A stretch of DNA of 64,000 nt, taken from Octopus bimaculoides (Eukaryota). Positions 26,310-37,530 of this stretch are shown here, one piece after another. The notes below the pieces were generated by a model. That model was not told the origin of the DNA, searched no databases, and saw only the letters and a list, made by a program, of their open reading frames with translations. The position numbers and the translations under genes are program-made. Numbering within the stretch: position 1 is the stretch's first letter; every line of letters starts with the position of its first letter. The stretch spans positions 13,565,624 to 13,629,623 of the forward strand of contig NC_068995.1 of the NCBI RefSeq assembly GCF_001194135.2, in the 5' to 3' direction.

Positions 26310-29300
26310 AGTTTGTTTCTGTGCAGCTTAGTGAATAATTCTTAAAATAAATTTGACACTGTCTGTGTTGGATAAATTAGAAAAAATTCCAAATTTATAA
26401 CAGGTATGTTTACTGTGGAAAAATAATGGATGTTTACATAGCAGAAAAGTTGAAATTTTGTTTTTCCAACAGAATCTCTCAATTGAACTAATTTAATGTG
26501 TTTTGGTGCAGCCAAATAAATAATTTGGAAGAAATTTGATATTAAGATCTTTTGAAATGAGAAGGTGGAGAGCTGGCAGAATGGTTAGTTTACTGAGCAA
26601 AATTCTTAGCAGCATCTTGTCTGTCTTTATGTTCAGAGTTTAAATTCTGCCAAGACCAACTTTGCCTTTCAACCTTTTGGTGTCTATAAAATAGGTATCA
26701 ACTGAGTGCTGGAGTTGATGTAATTGACCTACTCCATTCCCCGAACTTGATGGCGTTGTACCAAAATTTGAAACCAATATTATTCAGAATGAGGCAAAAT
26801 TGTAGATTTTCGCATAAATGAAATTGAAGATGATCAGTTCTATCTAACAGCTGCAGAATCTCTTAAGAGAAATATTTTAGCATACTTGAACTCTACAAAG
26901 TGAAAATAAATCTATAAAGATTTTGCATTCTAAAAAATACAGAATCTTTTAACCCTTCATCACCATATTTTTATGATATATTTTGTTAATAATAATATAA
27001 TGATAATTATATAGTTTGCTAATTGTAACAATTAATTTTGAAAATAATCATGAATTTGGAGAGATTTAATAAAATAGCTAACATTTTCATTCTTGAACTG
27101 ATGTTTAGGGCAGCAAGCTGGCAGAATCAAAATGCTTACTGATATTTCTTCAAACTCTTCATATTCTGAGTTCAAATTCTACAAAGGCCTTCTTTACCTT
27201 TCATCCCTCCAGAGTTAACAAATAAAAGTACTGTACCTCAAAAATTACTGGCCTTCTGCCTAACTTAGAAATCACTATTCAATTAGTGTTCAGAACATAA
27301 TTTAGCAAAAGGATTTTAAACACATTTTTGGAGGAAGATTTTAATTTAGATATGAAAATTTTCATATAATAGGTTTTGTTGCAGAAAAGGATCACAAAGC
27401 AGATTTTGTATTTTCTTAACATCTGAACATGAATATGAACAGATGCTTTGTAAGCATGCGTGTATGTATGAATGTATGTATGTGTGCTGTGTGTGAGTAT
27501 CAATGAATCTATCTGTCCGTCTTCTGTCTGTCTGTCTATTTAACTATCTCTACAGGCAGACAGACAGGCAGACAGACATACAGACTGACAGACAGATAGA
27601 TAGATACTCACACACAAATACACACAACAGCTTTCCAAACAGTTTCTCTCCACCAAATTTCATTAATAAGGCAATAACCAGCCTAAAACTATGACAGAAG
27701 ACATTTTGCCCGAAGGGCTGCATAGAGAATTGAAACAGAACCACATGGTTGCAAAGCAAACAACCACACTGACATGCTTGGAAACAGAAAATTGTTTATA
27801 GACTCAACTCATCAAGTGTTTCCCACTATATGACCATATTATAGGGCATTGCCCAATGAGCTTGCAAAAGATGAATTGTGGATGAGGACCTTTACTGCAG
27901 TCTAGTTATTGAGAAAAGGCATTCCACTGAGGCAGATAACAAAACCAGGGCTTTAGGGATGGATTGCTCTTTCTCATGTTTGTAAATGTTTGACACACAA
28001 TAAACAATGGTTCAATAAATCACTGTTTATTGTTATTTTAACTATAGCTTAACTAAAGCTATGTATTATTTATTCTCATTGCTTATACAATGAGGTAGCC
28101 ATTAAACAAAGAAGCCTGTATGGTGAGATGGGGGATTCATTTAACCTGATGAAAACAGCAACCGAATCTCCTTCAAGTTATATTTGAATATCTTAAAAGA
28201 GAGAACATGTATAATGTTGTCATAGAGAATCTGCATCTGGAAAGAAAAAGGCAACATGAAATAAAATTAATGGCCACAGTTGGAATCTCTTTAAACATAG
28301 GTCTGCTTGTTTATGTCTGACCTGGGACAAAACAGTGACAACAATATGCCTTGTGTTATTTGTTCCAACACTCTGCCCTCTAAGTTCAAATCCAGCTGGG
28401 GTCAACTTTGCCCTTCCTATACAATCCACTCAGTAAGATGGTTGGTATTAAGAAGGGCATCCAGTTGTAAAAACTCTTCCAAAACAGACAGTGAAGCCTG
28501 GTGCAGTCTTCTGCCTAGCCAGTCCCTGAGAAACTGTCCAACCCATGCCAGCATGGAAAATGGATGTTAAATGATGATGAGGAGGATAATGGTGATATAT
28601 GTGTATCTGACTGACCAAAATAAAAATTAGTACTGGGGTCGATTTGTCCGCCTTAGCCCTTCAGAGTGGTGCCTCAGCATGGCCGCAATGACTGAAACAA
28701 GTAAAAGGTGAAGGATGAAAGATATAGTCGTCCTCCAGTAGCAGACGATAAATGTAAACGCCTGATAGACTAGCAAATAATAACTAAGACAAAAAAAAAT
28801 GATCTATTGCATTGGGTGTATCCTAACTTTCTATTTTTATTGAATTACTTCAAAGCTTTTTTAAAATTCATTGAAACTTTAGTATTAAATATTTAAACGA
28901 TGGTCTATTTTATATTATATAACGATCTCTCATACTTACTAATATAATGTATTTCTTAGTTTCGTAAAAGAAGTAGTTTTATTCAATACCATTCAGGAAA
29001 TGACCCTTAAAAACAATTGTAAATAATTATTCTCGTTTATTTTTAAGCAGAATATATTACTTTTAGAATTTTGTTTTAACGACTTTACTTCTCTATTATT
29101 ATATTATTTTACGGACTTTGTAGCAATTTGCAGAAGTGAACTGTCTGTATACATTTCAACATTCTCATATGTTCAATTATTTACGAGAAATGAAATGATT
29201 ACAAAATTGAAAATTCATACAATAATTTTATATTTAAAATAATATCGTAATTTTTTCCAAAATATGTTTTATGTATAAAGTTACAAAAAAAAAATATTAA

Positions 29301-29409
29301 ACTAAAAATAACATTTTCTTCGTACCTACTGTTTACTGTTGTCATCTCATAATGGCTACGTCGTGAGTGACTAATTAAGCAACATTCTCTCACGTATTAT
29401 CTGCTGTCC

Positions 29410-29442
29410 ATGATGAATGCACGGGCACAGGTACTAGAATTG
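29410..29442 (+). CDS. ATG101: Autophagy-related protein 101, coding exon 1
   Basis: ATG ATG AAT GCA CGG GCA CAG GTA CTA GAA TTG then GTaagt = MMNARAQVLEL, resembling the ATG101 N-terminus MNCRSEVLEV. Start could be either ATG (29410 or 29413). Confidence 0.88.
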
Positions 29443-29834
29443 GTAAGTCAATAATGTCCTATCCATAAACATCGTAGTTTTTCTTTTTTTCTCGCATTTA
29501 TTTCAGTCATCTCTAAATGTTTCTATTTATTATGTCTTCCAATTCTGATGACCAGTTTTTGTTCCCAGTGTGAGTCATTCCAATATTAGTTGTATTACCT
29601 ACCACTGCGAATAATGACGAGATTGGTTTCTTTTATTATCTTCTTCGAGTATATGGGACCTGGACATAGAACAATGAATTATCTAAAACCATTGCTGTGT
29701 GTAGGTAAAACAACCCTAACCCTAAACACCTATTCTGGAGGAAAAGTGTTTAAAATTTTCTTAGCGTTACTACACTGTTTTGTTTTTTTCATTATTATTA
29801 TTTCGACACAGTGTATCGAAGACTATATCATTTA

Positions 29835-30239
29835 ATCTCTTTTACTTGTTTCAGTCATTTGACTGTGGCCATGCTGGAGCACCGCCTTTTAGTCGAGCAA
29901 ATCGGCCCCCAGGACTTATTCTTTGTAAGCCTAGTACTTATTATATCGGTCCTTTTTTGCCGAACCGCTAAGTTACGGTCACATAAACACACCAGCATCG
30001 TTTGCCAAGCATTGTTGGGAGACAAACACAGACACACAAACATACACACACGCATACATATATATATATATATACATATATACGACAGGCTTCTTTCAGT
30101 TTCTGTCTACCAAAATCTACTCACAAGGCTTTGGTCGGCCCGAGGCTATAGTAGAAGACACTTGCCCAAGGTGTCACGCAGTGTGACTGAACCCGGAACC
30201 ATGTGGTTCGTAAGCAAGCTTCTTACCACACAGCCACTC
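29835..30239 (-). mobile_element. SINE family A, near full length, ATG101 intron 1
   Basis: Reverse complement of the 32608 copy with high visible identity. Confidence 0.88.
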
Positions 30240-30592
30240 AAACTTTTTTTTTTTTAATGTGACCTATAAGAGATTTCGCAACGATTTCTGGCAGATCGAG
30301 CGACCACAGTGATTTCGTATTGTTCGGAAAATAGCATGTGTATTGATTAGAGAGATCGGACTGTGCTTATTGAACTGAATGACTCTAGTTTGCAGGGACT
30401 GATAGTGTTTAAAACTGTCAGTGATAAAAACGATCGATTTATAGTTTAAAATATCATTACATTTTTATTTTAATTTATCTCATAATCTCTACAAAAACAC
30501 GAGGCTCTCGTGTTGACCAGTTTCTTGTATAATTTTGGGCATCACTGTATATTGAGTGTTACCACTAACACTTTTCATAGTACTATTTAGTA

Positions 30593-30883
30593 CAGGGTTT
30601 TTCAAACTGTGGTCCGCGGACCACAGGGGGTCCGCAAGGACAAGACAGGGGGTCCGTGCAGAGCCAAGCAAGCACATCCTTCTCACTAAGTATGTATTAA
30701 AAAAATCCTGTGTGTATAATTGACAATAAACCTATTTGTTAAATACTGTTAAATAAATAAATGTAAAAATATATGTTTTTTTAAGCAAATATGTATAAAT
30801 TTCATAAGCGTTTATAAGGGGGTCCCTAAGGTAAAGCCTGAAATATAAAGGGGTCCGCAAGTCAAAAAGTTTGAAAACCCCTG
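30593..30883. mobile_element. hAT-type MITE, copy 1
   Basis: TIRs CAGGGTTTTTCAAACT / AGTTTGAAAACCCCTG; perfect 8-bp TSD ATTTAGTA. Confidence 0.9.
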
Positions 30884-31362
30884 ATTTAGTACATATTAAA
30901 CAAAACTTCATCGTTAATACTGAAGGCTATTAAAAAAAATAGGGAATGTTACAAGCATTGATACCACATTAGTTAATTTGTAATGCTGCCGGGCTACACA
31001 CCCTAATTCCTAGAATCTTTGTTGTTGTTTAGCCCCGAGTCAGCTTTGATCCAGTAGACCCATGATCAATGGCATTCCAACGATGACATGTCATTTTTGT
31101 CATTGGTTCAATGAATTCAGGACTGCATTATAAAACGGCAATGTGTGATATGAAGGTGAGTTGGCTGCTGTTTCTAGCAAGTCGAGTAACCACGTAGAGG
31201 CTTCCTCACTGGTTCAAGCAGCAAGAAATTTATTTTCGTGATACTGACCGTCCCTCTTTAGACTTTTGTGTGATGAACTGTCTATAGACACAAGTGTAGT
31301 GGGGTACTCGAAAAAGTTTCAAAAATATACTGAAAGACATCCTAATTTGTGTCACATTGATC

Positions 31363-31708
31363 CTGATGGCACCTGTGCCCAACGTCGCCTTTCTGGCACT
31401 TGTGCCCAGCGTCGCCTTTCTGGCACTTGTGCCCATGGCATGTGTAAGGACTTTCGAGCGAGATCGTTGCCAGTGCCCCTGGACTGGCTCTTGTGCGGGT
31501 GGCACGTAAAATACACCATTTTGAGCGTGGCCATTGCCAGTACCGCCTGACTGGCCTTCATGCCGGTGTCACGTAAAAGCAGCCACTACACTCTCAGAGT
31601 GGTTGGCATTAGGAAGGGCATCCAGCTGTAGAAACTCTGCCAAATCAGATTGGAGCCTGGTGTAGCCATCTGGTTTCACGTGGACGTTAAACGATGATGA
31701 TGGTGATG
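31363..31708 (+). mobile_element. RTE-tail repeat with 27-bp tandem repeats
   Basis: (tggcacytgtgcccarcgtcgcctttc) x2.5 then the family body ending ttaaacgatgatgatg. Opposite-orientation copies at about 40290-40612 and 41485-41757; further copies at 1-240, 1915-2100, 3140-3335, 20230-20578 and 23867-23985. Confidence 0.75.
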
Positions 31709-32607
31709 CCAACAATAGTCTCTGGCCAGGACAGATGTCATCTCACAGGCCATCAGACCATCATCCTCTTCAAGAATTCTTGCACAACTGATGTAGGGAG
31801 AAGAGAACAAGTTTATTTTAATTGCAGAAGCTTAGTAAACTAGTCAAACTCTTACTTAGTGTAGTTGTAGAACATACTTGCTCTTGTATATGTCACCTGA
31901 TTCACTAGCATGCTTGATGAAGTCAATTCTTTTTGTCCAATACCTAAACAACTTTTTCCATATTGGCAGAGTTTTTAGAGAATAGACCAAACTGCTTTGT
32001 GTTATTAGTTGGTGTGAAAATCTAGATTAAGCCCTGAGCTTCTGAAATGTTGCTAGGCATTCACAGTTTTCTATTGGTTGGACAATGTAGCCATTGATAT
32101 TTCAACCTATTCATTCTATGGAGGATTGTTGATAGGCAAGAGCACATTCTTGGAGAAATTCCCGACATCAGTGAAAATCAACCGAATGACCTATTTTGGA
32201 GGACTTCCAGCTTGAGGATTATTTATAGCAAGTGAGTTGACCCACATTCTGAAAGTGGCAAGAAGCTGGCAGAATCATCAGCAAGATGTTTAGTGGCGTT
32301 TCTTTTGGCTCTTAACATTCTGAGTTCAAATTTTACTAAAGTCAACTTTGCTTTTCATCCTTTGGGGTACCTCTTCAGTACTGGGGTCAATGTAATTGGC
32401 TAAACCCAAACCCCTAAAAAAAAAATTACTGGCTTTGTGCCAAAAGTTGAAGCTGTTACTCTTACTGTTATTAAGCTGGTGAGCTGACAGAATTGTTAGC
32501 ACACTGGGCAAAATACTTAGCATTTTGTCCATCTTACATTCTGAGTTCACCTTCTGCTGGGGTCAACTTTACCTTTCATCCTTTCAGGGATTGAGAAAAT
32601 AAGTACC

Positions 32608-33006
32608 AGGCGCAGGAGTGGCTGTGTGGTAAGTAGCTTGCTTACCAACCACATGGTTCCGGGTTCAGTCCCACTGCCTGGCACCGTGGGCAAGTGTCTT
32701 CTGCTATAGCCTCGGGCCAACCAAAGCCTTGTGAGTGGATTTGGTAGACGGAAACTGAAAGAAGCCCGTCGTATATATGTAAATGTATATATATATATAT
32801 ATGTGTGTGTCTGTGTTTGTCCCCCCAACATCACTTGACAACCGATGCTGGTGTGTTTACGTCCCTGTAACTTAGCAGTTCGGCAAAAAGAGCCCGAGAG
32901 TGTAAGTACCAGGCTTAACAAAAGAATAAGTCCTGGGGTCGATTTGCTCGACTAAAGGCGGTGCTCCAGCATGGCCACAGTCGAATGACTGAAACAAGTA
33001 AGAGTA
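32608..33006 (+). mobile_element. SINE family A, full length, nested in a family B-related SINE
   Basis: Splits the host sequence aataagtaccAG/ttgagcactggggtcgat (host about 32473-33090). Confidence 0.88.
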
Positions 33007-33166
33007 GTTGAGCACTGGGGTCGATGTAACTGACATACTCCCTCCCCCGAAATTGCTGGTCTTGTGCCAAAATTTGAAACCATTATTATTATTATTACTA
33101 TCTCAAGTTTCATTTCATTATTAATGTATTTTTCAATATTTTCTCCTTTATTTTTTAATATTTCAG

Positions 33167-33203
33167 AAAGTTGAGGGTCGTCAGATAGAAGAAGCTGTTG
33201 CCA
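33167..33203 (+). CDS. ATG101: ATG101 coding exon 2 (37 nt)
   Basis: tttcAG / GTaagt. KVEGRQIEEAVA matches the ATG101 VEGRQVEEA motif. Confidence 0.93.
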
Positions 33204-34554
33204 GTAAGTACATTCATCATTCAGAGCACATTAGTGGTTTTATATTGTGTTTGTTAGCCCCAGTTCACTCCTTATCAAACAGTTCTATAAACAAAGACAT
33301 TCCATCTAGTTTTTTTGATAGATAACTAAAACTACACATTAGCCAATGTCTTCCTCTCTTTTTTAAGATGGCAGGGTATGATTGAGGTGAGATTTGGCTA
33401 GTGTTTCTAATAGTATCTCATTTAAAGTGCCAAACTTAATGTTGCAGGGATGATATGTGTGATTGTATATGGGTGTGTGTGTGTGTATGGTTGGTTTGAA
33501 ATTGTACTAAAAAACAAGACAGAGACAGGTGAGGGACAACTAGCAAGGTGTATTATTAGCTTCACTCTCAGAACAAACAGAGGAGTCTTTGATGCTTCAA
33601 GCATTTGCTCTTCTATAGAAAGGAATGAGGAAAGAAAAAAAGTATTTGGATCAATGGATGCACATATTGTGTATGTATATATCATCATCATCATCATCAT
33701 CATCGTTTAACGTCCGCTTTCCATGCTAATATATATATATAGAAGGTTTAGATTTAGATTCAAGATTGAATATGGTACTTATGTTTAGGCACCAGAATAT
33801 AGTATGGTATGGTATTATACAAAAACCATTCTAAAAAACTAGGTGATCAAAAAATCAAAATAAGCAACACGGATTTCAAAGATGATTGCAGTACGCACGT
33901 TTCATGCTACTCCATTTATTTAAGTAATGCGAGCATTACATTAAATGCAATATGTAGAGCAATCTTCAGCTGCAGGAAAATGCAGAAAATGACAATAGAA
34001 TAGACATATTATAATTGTGGCAACATTTCAAATCCAAGTGGGAGGAAGAATACATAAAAATCCATCTTGACATAGCCAAGTCTATCAGGCTAGCCTGATA
34101 GTCTTGGCTATTGTGTATTTCAGTCATCAATGTGTATTGTCTGAAGATGTACATATTGGCAAGTAAGCTGATAAACCTGTGCTTTCAAACAGAAATATCT
34201 TCATCATTATTGTTTAACATCCGTTTTCTGTGCTGGCATGGGTTGGATGGTTTGACAGGAGCTGGCCAGTCAGAGAACTGCACCAGTCTCCAATCGTTTC
34301 TGTTTTGGCATGGTTTCTACATTTGGATGCTGTTCCTAACATGAACCACATTACTGAGTATACTGGATGCTTTTTAGATGGCACCAGCATGGAAGGTGTT
34401 TATAAGCTACATGATCTCAGATCAGGTCACTTGCTATGCAAGTACCTTTCCGTAATTTAAGAAATTTGTTCACAAACAATTATAATACAGAACATTGAAT
34501 TATGTTTATATTGATATTTAGCATATTTTGATAATGTGTTATATTTTCTTGCAG

Positions 34555-34595
34555 GTATTTTTCATGCTTTACTTTTCCATAGAACATTAGGAAAG
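34555..34595 (+). CDS. ATG101: ATG101 coding exon 3 (41 nt)
   Basis: ttgcAG / GTaagt. SIFHALLFHRTLGK (compare AVLHTVLLHRSTGK); phase-consistent. Confidence 0.93.
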
Positions 34596-35103
34596 GTAAG
34601 TATTTTCTTTTATTTATGATCAATGAATTTTCTTTCTCTTTTAAAATAATATATCATCATCAGCAAAAAAAAAATGAAGAGAAAAATGCTGTTTTTCATT
34701 CTTTGCATTAATATAAGTGATGCATTATTGAAGTTAGAAAATAAATTATTAATTATTGTTGATACAAAAGAAAATTATATAAATGCTTTGTTTTCTTGAT
34801 TTTTTTTTTTTCATTAAAATAATATCATCTACAAGAAAAATGTGTTTCTTTTTCATTCCTTGCATTAATTAATATCAATGAAGTATTAAAGTTAGAAAAT
34901 GGGTTATTAATTATTGTCGATAAAAAGGCAAAATAAAGAAACACTTTGCTTTCTTGATTTTTTTATTTCCAGTTTCAAGATATAATTACCCATTATTTGT
35001 CTGTTATAAAATGAAATTCATATCTTGCATTATATAATATGTATGTGTGTGTGTGTGTGTGTGTGTATGTACATATATGTGTTTGTGTGTATATATATAT
35101 ATA

Positions 35104-35319
35104 TATCTGTAAAAATATGTGACACTTATTCAGTAGCCATGATAAAACTCAGAGTTTCGGATGCCGGGGTGGGAACCCACGCCAACATCTCTTCAGTCAT
35201 CCGGCCATTGAAAATTCCTGTGAAAAATGAAGAGATGTTGGCGTGGGTTCCCACCCCGGCATCCGAAACTCTGAGTTTTATCATGGCTACCGAACAAGTG
35301 TCACATATTTTTACAGATA
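35104..35319. repeat. Near-perfect inverted repeat (91-bp arms, 34-nt loop)
   Basis: Arms 35104-35194 and 35229-35319 are reverse complements with two mismatches. Confidence 0.95.
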
Positions 35320-35404
35320 AATTCCTCTATTTACATAATATCGAGGTCTCTTTCTTTCTTTTGTTGTCCTTTCTATCAATATATATATATATATCAAAAT
35401 GGTG

Positions 35405-35735
35405 AACCTCATGAAGGCAATGACAGAGGATCAAGATATGTGGTGTATTGCTGTACTGAAGAAGACCTACTCATCACAACAAAATCGACATCCTAAAACC
35501 AAGGTGCAATGTAAAAAGCATTGGTGTGAGGTTTGGTGCCACATAAAATGCACTGGTGATGGTGCCACATAAAAAGCACCCAGTACATTCTGTAAAGTGG
35601 TTGGTGTTAAGAAGGGCGACCAGCCATAGAAAACAAGCTAAAACAGATTATGGAATCTGGTGTGGCCCCTGGCCTTCCCAGTTCTTGTCAATCCATCCAA
35701 CCCATGCCAGCATGAAAAACAGACATTAAATGTTG
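35405..35735 (+). mobile_element. RTE-clade LINE 3' fragment
   Basis: NLMKAMTEDQDMWCIAVLKKT remnant then the common tail ccatccaacccatgccagcatg..ttaaatg. Confidence 0.6.
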
Positions 35736-35965
35736 ATGCTTCTGTGTCATTGCATGATATGGTCATGCTCTACTTAAACAGACCTGCTGACCTGCAAGAT
35801 TTAGAAGTGATCAGTAATAGAGAAATACTAATGAAGCTAATTATAAATATCAACAAAAGTGTGGAGGGAAAGTACCTTGGAGGGGGAGTACTGCAAACAA
35901 AATGCGCAATTGCTGACTCTCTTAGAGGCTCAAGTGAAGTCAACAATGGAAGTAGGCATATTATT

Positions 35966-36302
35966 GTGGCACTCTGTCAGTTACGACAACGAGGGTTCCA
36001 GTTGGCTGAGCACTCCACAGACACGTGTACCCTTAATGTAGTTCATGGGGAGATTAAGCATGACACAGAGTGTGACAAGGCTGACCCTTTGAATTACAGG
36101 TACAACAGAAACAGGAAGAAAGAGTGAGAGAAAGTTGTGGTGAAAGAGTACAGCAGGGTTCGCTACCACCCTCTGCAGGAGCCTCGTGGAGCTTTAGGTG
36201 TTTTCGCTCAATAAACACTCACAACACCCGGTCTGGGAATCAAAACCGCGATCCTACAACCATGAGTCCACTGCCCTAACCACTGGGCCATTGTGCCTCC
36301 AC
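35966..36302 (-). mobile_element. tRNA-derived SINE, third family
   Basis: Minus-strand head gtggaggcacaatggcccagtggttagggcagtggactc...gattccc with A and B boxes. Related heads at 48624 and 55253; its 3' fragment recurs at about 18215-18305. Confidence 0.75.
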
Positions 36303-37449
36303 AGGCATATTATAGTATATACATATATAGTATAGTTTAATAAAATTTTGCAGAAAACACCCTCCATCTGATAGAAAATACCACTTGTGCCATTAAAGTG
36401 TGAAAGATATCACCCACAACTGCAACACCTGACAGTCATTCAAGCAATACACTGGAACCATAGTTTATCCACACCTTTAAAAGTAAGGAATACTAGTGAA
36501 ACATTCCAATAAAAGCAACATTCTGGTTCAGACACAATAGACCTGATATTGTTCTGTGAGACAGAGAAGAAAAGTCTAGCACTAGTGTAGAGATCAGTTG
36601 ACCAGGTGAATGTGAATGTCTTGTCTAAGGATATGGGAAAAGAGAATATCTATGGTGAACTAATACAGGATTTATAACTCTTGTATCAATGCCATATAGA
36701 TTCTCGTTTGTACCTAGTATTGTAGGTGCATTAAGTTATGTGACAACAGGTTTACTCAAAGCCTGAGAATGCTAAGGTTCTTCAAGAAAGAACAAAGTAA
36801 ATGGACTTATTTCCTTAACATCCAGTTGGTTAGTAGTATAGTGAAAATTTGTAAGACATTCCAAATATTCTTCATTTGAGTTTCTTGGAATGATTATACA
36901 CAATGTTGATGATGAGGATGGATCACATGTGTACATATATATGGCATACACACATACATAAAGAGGTGTCTCTCACACACATTTTGTACTAAAAAGATGT
37001 GCACCCATTACTTGAACGATAGTATATGCATACTAACTTACCTATTTACAAATCCATGGGACTCTTCTAGACTTAGACAAAAAAGCCTTGTCATTTTGTT
37101 AGTGATTGGCTTGAATTCTATGAAGAAGACTTAAATAAATATCAAAGAAAAATACACACACACATGTTAGAGTTAGTTATGTGCCCTTCATAGTTGTGAA
37201 ACTGAATCTAGAATTGGTGAACATTTGGTCAGTTGTCCAACTCTGTATTAGTTCATAACCCCCATGTGATGGTACATGAGGGCCTAGAATTTAATGTTAT
37301 ATTTGTGTAGTCTCTTTTCCAGTTTATTAAGATTTAGAGATTGTTCCTTTTTCTTAAAGTTTAAAGAAATGTCTTATTAATCTTCTCTCTGATTCATGCA
37401 TTGAAAATCATGAACTCAAAATTAAAGTGTTTGTCTGTTTTATTTTCAG

Positions 37450-37530
37450 TTTACATGGCGAGAGGATGGATATTCAATTGGTACTGTTGGTATGACAGAT
37501 ATAGATTGTGATTTCATTGACTTTACATAT
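37450..37530 (+). CDS. ATG101: ATG101 coding exon 4
   Basis: tttcAG / GTaagt. [27 protein letters not shown]; YSIGTVG and DCDFIDFTY are ATG101 hallmarks. Confidence 0.96.

Noticed and set aside
35660-36127. 155-aa ORF
   Set aside because: Stitched from an RTE tail, unique intron sequence and an antisense SINE.
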